A DNA stretch of 64,000 nt from an uncultured Planctomycetota bacterium (GCA_963752285.1 CAVVXN010000004.1:78918-142917), one strand, 5' to 3'; positions 54,487 through 64,000 are shown, counted from the stretch's first letter. Notes: generated by a model not told the origin, from the letters alone. Made by a program: numbers and translations.

Positions 54487-56133
54487 CTAGGGGGCGGTCT
54501 CGGGCTCGGACTTGGGGGGCGGCGTCTTGCGCGTCCGCGCGCTCCCTCCGGTCGGGGTCGTGCTGGGCGCCCCGTCGCGGGGTGGCGCGCCGGCGCCGTC
54601 CAGCGTGCCGAGGTAGCCGGGCAGCTCGATCCCAGCCTGGCGGGCGAGCTCGTGCATCGCCGGGAGCGACGCGATGAGGCTCCTCAGGAAGCCGGCCGTG
54701 GAGCCGGTACCGTCGGCGCCGCCCTGCCCCGGGTCCCACACCGTGATCTTGTCGATCTTGAGGTTCTGGATCGCCTTCACCTGCTCGCGCACGAGGTCGG
54801 GCAGCTTCTCGACGACCAGGAGCGTGGGGGCGAGGCGTGCGTCGGCGCCGCACGACCGGATCAGCTCGGCGTAGCCGCGCGCCTTCGCCTCGAGGATCGC
54901 CTGCTGGCCCTCGGCCTCCGCGCGGTACCGGGCGAGGATCGCGTCCGCGTCGCCCCTCGCGATGCGCCGGCGCTTCTCGGCCTCCGCCTCCGCGTCGATC
55001 TCGACCTTCTTCCGCTCGATCACCTGCTGGACGACCTGTTCCTTCTCGAGCCGCGCCTGCTCGCGCTCCTGCTCGGCGATCAAGACGTCGCGGTCGGCCT
55101 GCGCGAGGGCCACCTCGCCGCGCCGCTTCGCCTCGGCGCGCCGCTCGGTCAGCGTGGCCTCGTAGTCGGCGATCTGCGCCTTCGCCGTGTTCTCGCCCTG
55201 GACCGCGGTCGCCTCGTACTCGGCCACCTTCACGCGCTGGTCGCGCTCGGCCTGCTTCTGGCCCTCGACCTTGCGCGCGCTCTGCTCGGCGACGGAGATG
55301 GCCTGCTCGCTCTGCGCGGTCGCCTCGCCCTTCACGCCATCGGCCTCGAGCTTGGCGACGGCGACGCGCTGGTCGCGCTCCGCCTGCTTGCGGCCCGCGG
55401 TGGACGCGGCGGCCTGCTTGGCCACCTCGATCTCTCGGTCACGCTGGGCCGAGGCCTCGCCGATCGCGCCGTCCTTGTTGGCCAGGGCGACCTCGACCTT
55501 GGCCTGGTTCACGGCCTCCGAGGCCGCCTTCTTGCCGATCGCCTCGATGTAGCCGGACTCGTCCGTGATGTCCCGGATGTTGACGTTGATGACCGAGAGG
55601 CCGATCTTGTTGAGCTCGTAGCCGACGTTCTTCGTGATCAGCTCGAGGAACTTCTCGCGGTCCTGGTTGATCTCCTCGATCGAGAGGGTCGCGATCACGA
55701 GGCGCAGCTGCCCGAGGATGATGTCGCTCGCCGTGCCCGAGATGTCGCGGTCGGCCAGCCCCAGCAGGCGCTCGGCCGCGTTCTGCATGATGTCGGGCTG
55801 CGTCGAGATGCCGATCGTGAACGTCGAGGGCACGTTCACGCGGATGTTCTGGCGCGACAGCGCCTGCCGCAGGTCGATCTCGATCGTCATGGGCTCGAGA
55901 GAGAGGAAGGCGTAGTCCTGGATGACGGGCCAGACCATCACGCCGCCGCCGTGCACGCACTTCGCGGTGCGCTCGTCGCCCACCTTGCCGTACACGACGA
56001 GCACGCGGTTCGAGGGGCAGCGCTTGTAGCGCTTCACCAGGAACACCATCATCGAGAAGACGATGAGGACCGGCAGCCCGACGAAGATGAACGGCTGGTA
56101 CGGCAGGTCCATCAGGAAGGGGGGAAAGGGCAC
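54487..56133 (-). CDS. flotillin/SPFH domain protein
   Basis: N-terminal TM, YKRCP..VLVVYG, ALSRQNIRV, long Ala/Glu coiled coil, IDKITVWD. Confidence 0.93.
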   Translation of the reverse strand: MPFPPFLMDLPYQPFIFVGLPVLIVFSMMVFLVKRYKRCPSNRVLVVYGKVGDERTAKCVHGGGVMVWPVIQDYAFLSLEPMTIEIDLRQALSRQNIRVNVPSTFTIGISTQPDIMQNAAERLLGLADRDISGTASDIILGQLRLVIATLSIEEINQDREKFLELITKNVGYELNKIGLSVINVNIRDITDESGYIEAIGKKAASEAVNQAKVEVALANKDGAIGEASAQRDREIEVAKQAAASTAGRKQAERDQRVAVAKLEADGVKGEATAQSEQAISVAEQSARKVEGQKQAERDQRVKVAEYEATAVQGENTAKAQIADYEATLTERRAEAKRRGEVALAQADRDVLIAEQEREQARLEKEQVVQQVIERKKVEIDAEAEAEKRRRIARGDADAILARYRAEAEGQQAILEAKARGYAELIRSCGADARLAPTLLVVEKLPDLVREQVKAIQNLKIDKITVWDPGQGGADGTGSTAGFLRSLIASLPAMHELARQAGIELPGYLGTLDGAGAPPRDGAPSTTPTGGSARTRKTPPPKSEPETAP

Positions 56134-56151
56134 GTGGCCTCCTTTTCTCCG

Positions 56152-56742
56152 TCAGGCGCGGTCCACCACGAGCGCGCCGTCGTCCTGCACCGAGAGGACC
56201 TTCACGGACACGAACGACTCGATCGGCTCCCCGGGCGTCACCGCCTCGATGACCCGGCGCGTGCCGTCCACGCTGATCTCGACCTGTCCCCGTCCGTGGC
56301 CGTGCGCGGGGATCCGCATGTAGACGGTCCCGATGTGCCCCACGGCGTGCTGCACGTCCCACCGGCCCGGCTTGCTCAGCTTGCGCATCTGCCAGAGGCA
56401 GAACGACGAGAGCGACATCAGGCCGAAGCCGAAGATCGAGGCGTAGATGGCCGTGAGGAGCGCGCCGAGGTGCCAGTCGAGCCGGGCGGCGAGGCCGAGC
56501 CAACCCGTGCCCATCATGAACGAGAGCACCGAGATCATGCTGAACAGCGAGAAGTCCCCGCCGTGGCCCTCGAGCCCCGCGTCGGCGTGGAGGTCGTGGT
56601 CGCTGATCCCGTCCGCGCCGCCGAAGAGCATCAGCCCGAGGCGGACCGAGAAGAGCAGCGAGCCGACCGCGGCCATCATGAAGTAGAAGGTCGCGTCGGA
56701 GAAGGTGGAGAAGAGGTCCTCGATCCACCCGGCGAGGTACAT
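56152..56742 (-). CDS. short NfeD-like membrane protein (flotillin partner)
   Basis: TMs plus OB-fold C-terminus (G.VY.RIP...GQV). Confidence 0.85.
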   Translation of the reverse strand: MYLAGWIEDLFSTFSDATFYFMMAAVGSLLFSVRLGLMLFGGADGISDHDLHADAGLEGHGGDFSLFSMISVLSFMMGTGWLGLAARLDWHLGALLTAIYASIFGFGLMSLSSFCLWQMRKLSKPGRWDVQHAVGHIGTVYMRIPAHGHGRGQVEISVDGTRRVIEAVTPGEPIESFVSVKVLSVQDDGALVVDRA

Positions 56743-56957
56743 CCGACGGTCCCACCCACGCGCCGCCCGTCGGCGCGGGGGGTAACGTACGCGCCGGTCG
56801 GCGTCGTGGGTAGGGCATTCTGCCCCGCCCGGAACCTCGGCGCCGCTCGGGAGGACGGCCGCCGCCGCGGCGGAGGGGCCCGACTCTCGCGCGCAGGGTT
56901 CCGACGCGCGCCGCGCGCGGCACAATCCGACGCCGAGGACGCTCTCGGAGGACGCTC

Positions 56958-58484
56958 ATGTCGACGCGACCCGTGCTGGAGGCGCTGGGCATCGAACCCG
57001 TGAACCCCGGCGCCTGCTGGGGACCCGACGGCTGGATCCGGTCCGAGGGCGTCGCCCCGGTGCCGTCCATCGACCCCGCGAGCGGGGAGGTCCTCGCGAA
57101 GGTCGTCCCCGCCACCCCGGCCGCGTACGAGACCGTCGCCGCGCGCGCCCACGAGGCCTTCTCGACCTGGCGCCTGGTCCCCGCGCCGAAGCGAGGACAG
57201 GTGGTGCGCGACCTCGGGCAGGCGCTCCGCGAGAAGAAGGAGCCGCTCGGGGACCTCGTGACCCTCGAGATGGGCAAGATCCGGGTCGAGGGCCACGGCG
57301 AGGTCCAGGAGATGATCGACGTCTGCGACTTCGCGGTCGGTCTGTCGCGTCAGCTCTACGGCCTCGCGATGCACTCGGAGCGTCCCGGCCACCGCATGGC
57401 CGAGCAGTGGCACCCGCTCGGCGCGATCGGCGTGATCTCGGCCTTCAACTTCCCGGTGGCCGTGTGGTCGTGGAACGCGGCGATCGCCGCCGTCTGCGGC
57501 GACCCGGTGGTGTGGAAACCCGCCTCTCCGGTGTTCCTCTCCGCGATCGCCGTGCAGCGGATCTGCAACGAGGTGATGGCCGACCACCACCTGGCCGGGC
57601 TCTTCACGCTCGTCGCGGGTCCCGGCGGATCCGTCGGCTCGAAGATCCTCTCGGACCGCCGGCTCCCGCTCGTGTCGTTCACCGGGTCCACGTCGATGGG
57701 CAAGCGCGTCGCCGCCGACGTGACCGCGCGCTTCGGGCGGACGATCCTCGAGCTCGGAGGCAACAACGCCGTCGTCGTGACGGCGCACGCCGACCTCGCC
57801 CTCGCCATCCCGGCCGTCGTGTTCGGCGCGGTCGGGACGGCCGGCCAGCGCTGCACGAGCACGCGCCGGCTGATCGTCCACCAAAGCGTCGCGGACCGCA
57901 CGGTGGACGCCCTCGTGAAGGCGTACGCCCAGGTGCGCATCGGCGCCCCGATCGAGCCGGGGACGCTGATGGGCCCCCTCGTCGAGGACGCGGCCGTGAA
58001 GGACATGATGGCCGCGCTCGCGCGCGCCCAGGCCGACGGCGGGACCATCGTCGCGGGCGGGAAGGCGCTCCCCGAGAAGGGCCCGCGCTTCGTCGAGCCG
58101 ACGATCGTGCGCATGCCCGCGCAGACCGAGGTCGTGAAGGAGGAGACCTTCGCGCCGATCCTCTACGTGCTCGAGTACGACGACTTGGAAGACGCCATCC
58201 GCCTCCACAACGACGTGCCGCAGGGGCTCTCGAGCTCGATCTTCACGCGGGACCTCCGGGAGGCCGAGATGTTCGTCTCGGCCGCCGGGAGCGACTGCGG
58301 CATCGCGAACGTGAACGTGGGGACGTCCGGCGCCGAGATCGGCGGCGCGTTCGGTGGCGAGAAGGAGACGGGCGGCGGGCGCGAGTCCGGCTCGGACTCC
58401 TGGAAGGCGTACATGCGCCGCCAGACGAACACGGTCAACGGGTCGGACGAGCTCCCGCTCGCGCAGGGGATCCGCTTCGCGTGA
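56958..58484 (+). CDS. aldehyde dehydrogenase, ALDH7/piperideine-6-carboxylate dehydrogenase-like
   Basis: GEVQEMID.CD, SAFNFPVAVW, LELGGNN, GQRCT, ETFAP, GAEIGGAFGG. Confidence 0.95.
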   Translation: MSTRPVLEALGIEPVNPGACWGPDGWIRSEGVAPVPSIDPASGEVLAKVVPATPAAYETVAARAHEAFSTWRLVPAPKRGQVVRDLGQALREKKEPLGDLVTLEMGKIRVEGHGEVQEMIDVCDFAVGLSRQLYGLAMHSERPGHRMAEQWHPLGAIGVISAFNFPVAVWSWNAAIAAVCGDPVVWKPASPVFLSAIAVQRICNEVMADHHLAGLFTLVAGPGGSVGSKILSDRRLPLVSFTGSTSMGKRVAADVTARFGRTILELGGNNAVVVTAHADLALAIPAVVFGAVGTAGQRCTSTRRLIVHQSVADRTVDALVKAYAQVRIGAPIEPGTLMGPLVEDAAVKDMMAALARAQADGGTIVAGGKALPEKGPRFVEPTIVRMPAQTEVVKEETFAPILYVLEYDDLEDAIRLHNDVPQGLSSSIFTRDLREAEMFVSAAGSDCGIANVNVGTSGAEIGGAFGGEKETGGGRESGSDSWKAYMRRQTNTVNGSDELPLAQGIRFA

Positions 58485-58796
58485 CGCCCGCGCCCGACGG
58501 GACCGGTCCTCGGAGGAGCGAGGTCGGCCCGGGGTCCCGGACGGGGGCGGCGCACGCGGACGAGCCGGGCCGCGGGGGCCGTCCCTGCGCCGGGACCCGC
58601 CGCCGTGGCGCGCAGGATTCCCGAGCCCTTGCCGATCGAGTCGAACGCGCGGTCCCGCTCCCTCTCGTTGGCCCAAGCGCCGGCGACGTCCTCGGCGGCG
58701 TCGCGCACGAGGCTCCAGCACGTTGGGGGGCGGGTTCGCCCGGAGGAGGATCGACGCGAGCCAGGCGAGACGCCGGAGAGTACGCGGCCGGCTCGA

Positions 58797-59408
58797 TCAG
58801 TCGGTGTGGCCCCCGATCCGCGCGCCCGCGGCGCCGGCGGCGGGGGCGCCGGGGCGCTCCGAGCGCGGGACGTAGGACCGAAGGTAGTCCGACTTGTCCT
58901 GGCCCTCGTAGAACGACCCGCCCACCGCGTAGTCCTGCGCCTCCTGGATCGCGCGCTCGGCGTCCCAGCCGTCGTACTCCATCCGGAAGAGCGCGCAGAG
59001 CAGCCCCGTCCGGCCCACGCCGTGCATGCAGTGCACGAGGACGGGGCGGTTCGCCGGGTCGTCCATGATCGCGAGGAAGCGGCCGATCGTCTCGTCGTCG
59101 GGCACCTGGCCCGACGGGAGCTCCACGTAGCGCGCGCCGTGACGTTCGGCGACCGCGCGGTCCGCCGGCACGTCCGTGTGCCGCATGTTCACGACGGTCT
59201 TGATGCCCTTCTCCGTCACCAGCTGATCGAGGCGGTCCTCCGGCAGGGTCGCCGACCGGTAGAGCACGCCCTCGCGTACGGTGCCGATGCGCCAGAGCAC
59301 GCGGTCGCGCGCGACGAACGCCACGGTGCCGAGCACGAGGAGGGGAAGGGCGACGGCGACGACGAGACGCAGGGGGGGGCGCCTCGCGCTGGGGGGCGGC
59401 GTGGACAT
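58797..59408 (-). CDS. membrane-anchored Cys-dependent (tyrosine/dual-specificity) phosphatase
   Basis: LYRSA, GIKTVVN, PVLVHCMHGVGRTG (CX5R). Confidence 0.9.
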   Translation of the reverse strand: MSTPPPSARRPPLRLVVAVALPLLVLGTVAFVARDRVLWRIGTVREGVLYRSATLPEDRLDQLVTEKGIKTVVNMRHTDVPADRAVAERHGARYVELPSGQVPDDETIGRFLAIMDDPANRPVLVHCMHGVGRTGLLCALFRMEYDGWDAERAIQEAQDYAVGGSFYEGQDKSDYLRSYVPRSERPGAPAAGAAGARIGGHTD

Positions 59409-59488
59409 GGCCCGAGCATAGCGCCCGGCGGGCGGCGGGGGCGCGGATCCCGCCGGCGCCGTGGCCCCGGCGGGTCCCGCCGGCCTCG

Positions 59489-62188
59489 TCAGCGTGCCGC
59501 CACCCCGGCGGTCGCGGGCGCGACCGGCTCGAATCGTCCCTGGAAGAACCGGAGCTTCTTCGGCTCGTACGTGAACCGGAGTCCCCGGATCTCGGCGCGG
59601 CGCTCGTACACGCGGATGATGCCCTCGGCGACCGCGCGCATGTGGTCGTTCGTGTAGACGCGACGCGGGATGGTCAGGCGCACGAGCTCGAGCTGCGGTC
59701 GGTAGTTCTCGCCCGTCGAGGGATCGCGGCCCTTCGACACGTTGCCCCGCTCCATCGCGCGCACGCCCGTCTCGACGTAGATCTCCGCCGCCAGCCGCTG
59801 CGCCGGGTACTCGTCCTGGTCCACGTGCGGCAGGAACCGGCGCGCGTCGAGGAAGATCGCGTGCGAGCCCGAGGGCCTGACGATCGGCACGCCGGCCTCC
59901 TCGAGGAGCTGGCCGAGGAACGCCGTCTGGCGGATCCGCGCGCGGATGTAGCGGTCGTCGAGCATCTCCCGCACGCCCTGGGCGATCGCCGCGAGGTCGG
60001 CCGCGGGCAGCCCGCCGTCGGTGACGTTTCCCTCGTACACGCGGAGCATCTCCTCGGCCTTCGCGGCGAGGGCCGCGTCGTCGCGGAAGGCGAGGATCCC
60101 GCCCATGTTGATGAGGAAGTCCTTCTTGCCCGAGACCGTGCATCCGTCGCCGTAGAGCATCATCTCGCCGAGGATGTCCTTCACCGGAACGTTCGCGTAC
60201 CGCGGGTCGTGGAGCTGGATCATGCACGCGTTCTCGGCGACGCGGGTCGAGTCGAAGTAGACCCGGATCCCGTGGCGCTGACAGAGCGCGTGGACCTCGC
60301 GCATGTTGTCCATGCTGACCGGCTGGCCGCCGGCCATGTTCACGGAGTGCTCGAAGGAGACGTACGCGACGTCGTCCGCGCCGTGTTCCGCGATCACCCT
60401 CTCGAGCTTCTCGAGGTCGATGTCGCCCTTCCACCGGTACGAGCTCTCCGGGTCGTGCGCCTGATCCACGATCACGTCGGCGAACACGCCGCCGGCGAGC
60501 TCCTGGTGGAGCTTCGTCGTCGTGAAGTACATGTTGCCGGGGACCACCTGGCCCGGCCGGATCGCGATCTGGCTCAGGATGTGCTCGGCCGCGCGCCCCT
60601 GGTGGGTGGGGAGGATGTGCTGGTAGCCGAACACGTCGCGGAGGACCTCGACCAGGTTCCAGTACTCCTCGGTGGCGGAGGAGGCCGGGCGCGCGCGTTC
60701 GTAGGCGGCCCACTGCTCGGTGCTCATCGCCGCGGTGCCCGAGTCGGTCAGGAGGTCGATCGTCACGTCCGCGCTGCGCAGCAGGAACGTGTTGTAGCCG
60801 GCCTTCTCGATCGCGCGGCGCCGCTCGTCGCGCGTGAGGTGGCCGACGTACTCGATGGTGTGGATCAGGAACGGCGAGCAGTCGAACGTCCACGTGTCGA
60901 GGTTCGGGATGATCCACCGGTATCGCATCTGGTCGCGCCAGCGGCACTCGCCGCCGGGCTCGAGCGGGGGGATCCGGTCGCGCTGGCGGTACAGGTCGAT
61001 GATCGCGTCGGCGACCTGGTCGAGCTGCGCGTTCGTCATCGCCAGTCGCGGGATCTGCACCGGGAGGATCGCGTCCCGGTCGAGCATGCCCTGCGCGACC
61101 GCGCGCACGCCCGACGTGAGGTAGAGCGCGCAGGAGATCGTGTCCTTCCGGTGCTTCTTCACGTGGGGGAGGAACTGGTCGGCGAGCAGGTACGCGCCGT
61201 CGCAGCCGCGGTCCAGGGGCACGCGGCCGGCGCGCAGGCGCTCCGTGAACCGCTCCGCCTGGTGCATGACCCAGTGCGCCTCGGCCTCGTTCGTCATCTC
61301 CCGGAGGCCGCGGGCGAGCACCTCCATGGTCCGGCCGGCCATCCCGCCGTACGTGTGCAGGCCCTCGTACACCACCACCTCGTTCATGAATCGCTCGAAC
61401 GTCGCCTCGTCGTTCGTGGCCAGGAGCGCGCCGACGTTGCTCCGCGCGCACTGCGCGCCGTCTACCTGGAGGACGTCCGCGAGCGAGGCCATCTCCTTCA
61501 CGATCTCGGCGACGGTCTGGCCCTGCTGGCCCGCCTCGTGACGTTGCACGTACCAGGCGTTCTCGACGATGCGCGAGCCGTCGAGGACGAGGGGGAGGCC
61601 GTAGCGCCGGGCGAGGGCGCGGGTGGCGCGCAGGTTCTCGATCGAGATCGGGTGGTGCGCATCCGCGAACGTCTCGACGTACACGAGCGCGTCCTTGCCG
61701 TCCTGGACCTCGTCTTCGAGGCGTAGGAGGTCGATGTTGCCCGTGAACACGGGCTCCCTGCGGTCGCGGATGTCGGGGACGCTCAGGCCCCGGGGCGTCA
61801 AGACGTCCCGGATCACGAGGGCGTTGCTGGGGAACGAGCTCCCCTCGGGCACCATGGTGGCGACCACCAGCTTGATGCAGCCGAGGAGGTTGTGGGTCGG
61901 ACAGACGTGCTGGTGGCCGAGCACGTCCGCGACCGCGCTCTCGAGCGCCTCGAAGTTGCGCGCGCCCGCGTACGCCTCGTCGCCGACGAGGAGCCCCGCG
62001 AGCTGCTCCTGGCTCACTGCGCTGCTGCCCCACGACACCATGTCGAAGGTCGTCTGGCGCGGCACCAGGTTCAGCACGTTGAACCGGGCGGCGATCAGGT
62101 TCTTCTTGCGCTGCTCGACGGACGGGAAGTCCGTGCGGAGGACGGTCTTGATCTTGTGGGGCTCGTGGACCGGCTTCGTGGGGGCCAT
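59489..62188 (-). CDS. tpl: tandem two-domain tyrosine phenol-lyase-like PLP enzyme
   Basis: C-half has DLLTDSG, THQGR, NMYFTTT, SGKKD, MERG, RLTIPRR, LRFF; N-half is a degenerate second copy. Confidence 0.9.
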   Translation of the reverse strand: MAPTKPVHEPHKIKTVLRTDFPSVEQRKKNLIAARFNVLNLVPRQTTFDMVSWGSSAVSQEQLAGLLVGDEAYAGARNFEALESAVADVLGHQHVCPTHNLLGCIKLVVATMVPEGSSFPSNALVIRDVLTPRGLSVPDIRDRREPVFTGNIDLLRLEDEVQDGKDALVYVETFADAHHPISIENLRATRALARRYGLPLVLDGSRIVENAWYVQRHEAGQQGQTVAEIVKEMASLADVLQVDGAQCARSNVGALLATNDEATFERFMNEVVVYEGLHTYGGMAGRTMEVLARGLREMTNEAEAHWVMHQAERFTERLRAGRVPLDRGCDGAYLLADQFLPHVKKHRKDTISCALYLTSGVRAVAQGMLDRDAILPVQIPRLAMTNAQLDQVADAIIDLYRQRDRIPPLEPGGECRWRDQMRYRWIIPNLDTWTFDCSPFLIHTIEYVGHLTRDERRRAIEKAGYNTFLLRSADVTIDLLTDSGTAAMSTEQWAAYERARPASSATEEYWNLVEVLRDVFGYQHILPTHQGRAAEHILSQIAIRPGQVVPGNMYFTTTKLHQELAGGVFADVIVDQAHDPESSYRWKGDIDLEKLERVIAEHGADDVAYVSFEHSVNMAGGQPVSMDNMREVHALCQRHGIRVYFDSTRVAENACMIQLHDPRYANVPVKDILGEMMLYGDGCTVSGKKDFLINMGGILAFRDDAALAAKAEEMLRVYEGNVTDGGLPAADLAAIAQGVREMLDDRYIRARIRQTAFLGQLLEEAGVPIVRPSGSHAIFLDARRFLPHVDQDEYPAQRLAAEIYVETGVRAMERGNVSKGRDPSTGENYRPQLELVRLTIPRRVYTNDHMRAVAEGIIRVYERRAEIRGLRFTYEPKKLRFFQGRFEPVAPATAGVAAR

Positions 62189-62297
62189 CGTTCACCTCGG
62201 CGCGGGAGGAATCGCTACCGAGGCCGAGTGTACGGCTGGCGCGCCCGGCGTCTCCGCGGTGTCGGAGAGGGTCCGGCGCGCGCCTCCAAAGACGCGT

Positions 62298-62846
62298 CTA
62301 CCGGTCCCCGCCCTCCTTCTGGAGCCGCTCGATCTGCTTCGCGAGGGCCGCGCCGTGGTGGATCACGTCCACCTGCTCGTCCACGTAACGCACGACGCCG
62401 TCGGGGTCCACGACGAACGTCACGCGCTTCGCGTATCGGCCTCCGGGGGCCAGCACGCCGTACTTCGTCGCGACGCTCCCGTCGGCGTCCGAGAGCACGG
62501 GATACGCCAGGTGCTGCTCGTCGGCGAACTTCTTCTGGGCGGCGACGTCGTCGAGGCTCACGGCCAGGACCGTCGCGTCGAGCTTGGTGAGATCGTCCGC
62601 TGCGTCCCGCAGCGCGCAGACCTCGCGCGTTCACCCCGGTGTCGAGGCCTTCGGGAAGAACGCGACGATCGTCCACTTCCCGTGCCCCGCCTCGGAGCGG
62701 CGGACGGCGTGGCCCGACGGGTCGTTGAGACGGAAGTCCGGCGCCTGCTGACCCACCTCCGGACCGGTCGCGGCGTCGTCCCCCGACGCGAGCGCGACCC
62801 CCGCGGCGACGACGGCCGCGGCGATGCCCAGTGCCCATCCTCTCAT
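62298..62846 (-). CDS. exported BCP/PrxQ-type peroxiredoxin with in-frame TGA (probable selenocysteine)
   Basis: FFPKASTPG-TGA-TREVC, in frame with the downstream VSLD..AKRVTFVVDPDG; GAGGAGG RBS. Confidence 0.85.
62598..62614 (-). promoter_or_regulatory. candidate bacterial SECIS hairpin
   Basis: CGCTGCG-GGA-CGCAGCG begins 17 nt after the UGA, with G in the apical loop. Confidence 0.55.
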
Positions 62847-62904
62847 CGAGAACCCTCCTCGGAGTGGCGAACGGGCCGTATCGTAGCCGCCGCGGAGGGA
62901 CCTC

Positions 62905-63744
62905 ATGGCACGCGCGACGACCTCGGTGGGGCTCCTGGTCCTCGGCCTCCTCGCGTCGGCCGCCTCGGCGCGCGCGGACGACGCGGCGCTCGGGGCGCCG
63001 CCGTTCCCCCACGTGCGCGCGGAGGGCTACGTGCGCGTCGGTGCGACCTCGGGTTTCCTCCAGACCCCGAAGGGCGGCCAGCCCGGAACGACCACCGAGC
63101 GCCGCCCGGCGCTCGACGAGATCGGCGCGGACCTCGGCGAGGAGATCGGCGTCCGAGCGGAGACGGCCTGGCGGCGTCACGAGGTGCACCTGGACCTCGC
63201 CCTGCTCCTCCTCGGCGGATCCGACAAGCTCCGCGACGGGTTCGTGTCGCAGGGCGCCACCTTTGGCGCGGGCACGTCGATCGACTCGTCGTCCTGGATC
63301 GGACGCTACCGCCTCGGCTACGCGTACCGGTTCGACCTCCCGCTCGGCCGGGCGGGCTGTCTCGTCGTGCGCCCCGGCGCGAGCCTCGAGGGCCTCCACG
63401 TGCACGACCGGCTGACGGGCGAGGGCGGCGCGAGCGTGAGGCGCACGTATCTCCACGTCGCCCCCGCGCTCGACCTTCGCGTCGGATGGCGACCGGCGGC
63501 CGTGCCGCGCGTCTTCCTCGAGGCCGGCGCGTCCCAGACGCTGTCGTTCCTCTACTCGGACGCGAGCCGGATGAACACGTTCGAGTCCACGCTCCGCGTC
63601 GGCTGCGACCTCTCGTCGCGTACGAGCCTGTACGTCGAGACGGGGTTTCGCCGGAGCGACTGGCGCGACGCGCAGACGGTACCGAACCACGTCCACGTGA
63701 CCTTCGGCCCCTGGTTCGGGGTGGGGTTCACGTACCGATTCTGA
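62905..63744 (+). CDS. outer-membrane beta-barrel protein
   Basis: Signal peptide, amphipathic strands, C-terminal GVGFTYRF. Confidence 0.8.
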   Translation: MARATTSVGLLVLGLLASAASARADDAALGAPPFPHVRAEGYVRVGATSGFLQTPKGGQPGTTTERRPALDEIGADLGEEIGVRAETAWRRHEVHLDLALLLLGGSDKLRDGFVSQGATFGAGTSIDSSSWIGRYRLGYAYRFDLPLGRAGCLVVRPGASLEGLHVHDRLTGEGGASVRRTYLHVAPALDLRVGWRPAAVPRVFLEAGASQTLSFLYSDASRMNTFESTLRVGCDLSSRTSLYVETGFRRSDWRDAQTVPNHVHVTFGPWFGVGFTYRF

Positions 63745-63825
63745 GCCGGGCGTGGTCACCCGCCGTCGCGCACGGGGTGCGCCCGCAGCCTGGCCCGTCC
63801 GGCCCGCCCGCGGTACCCTTCCCTC

Positions 63826-64000
63826 GTGACACGGGTGCTGGGGCTCCTCTTCGCTGCGACCCTGCTCGCCGGGTGCGGTGCCACCAGCCTGCACCCGCTG
63901 AGCGACGCCACCACGACGAAGCGCGACGACGGCCTCGTCGGGCGCTGGGTCCTCGAGATGCGCGAACGAGGGAAGCCGCCGGCCGCGGTCTCGCTCGTCG
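63826..64000 (+). CDS. lipoprotein (partial, runs off the window)
   Basis: VTRVLGLLFAATLLAGC lipobox; SLHPL...LVGRW. Confidence 0.65.
   Translation, partial: MTRVLGLLFAATLLAGCGATSLHPLSDATTTKRDDGLVGRWVLEMRERGKPPAAVSLV

Noticed and set aside
59489-62188. Tryptophanase (tnaA) annotation
   Set aside because: Diagnostic motifs FTTT, MERG, SGKKD and LRFF match TPL rather than tryptophanase (FDTT, VEIG, SAKKD, LRHF)

Overview
A very GC-rich bacterial chromosome segment from a diderm (LptE, BamD-like, secretin, AsmA-like and beta-barrel genes). The gene repertoire suggests Planctomycetota, but that is inference. 1-22.5 kb is accessory: a giant poly-HAMP hybrid histidine kinase broken by five +1 insertions, two more hybrid kinases, a secreted repeat protein with mirror-symmetric architecture, an esterase, secreted metallopeptidases and an XRE/S24-like regulator facing a candidate sRNA. 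23-46 kb is mostly core: pnp, rpsO, ruvX, AsmA-like, alr, tsaB, glmM, cdaR/cdaA, folP, ftsH, lptE, bamD-like, recO, CBS-hemolysin, ruvC, ispD/ispF. 46-64 kb holds an ABC exporter, ppsR, moaE/moaD, a desaturase, NfeD/flotillin, ALDH7, a Cys-phosphatase, a tandem-duplicated tyrosine phenol-lyase and a peroxiredoxin. The most notable observations are: (1) a protein with 18 outgoing 8-aa units and 18 returning 9-aa units matched type-for-type around a DPxTG turn, predicting a giant beta-hairpin; (2) a fused double tyrosine phenol-lyase whose halves lost complementary catalytic residues; (3) a peroxiredoxin with an in-frame TGA at the peroxidatic Cys and a SECIS-like hairpin, probably a selenoprotein; (4) an IspF lacking all Zn ligands; (5) pervasive TAnnnT-N6-8-start leaderless-type promoters; (6) a MITE-like inverted-repeat element. 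No rRNA, tRNA or CRISPR array was recognised. All family assignments come from motif recognition by eye, not from database searches.
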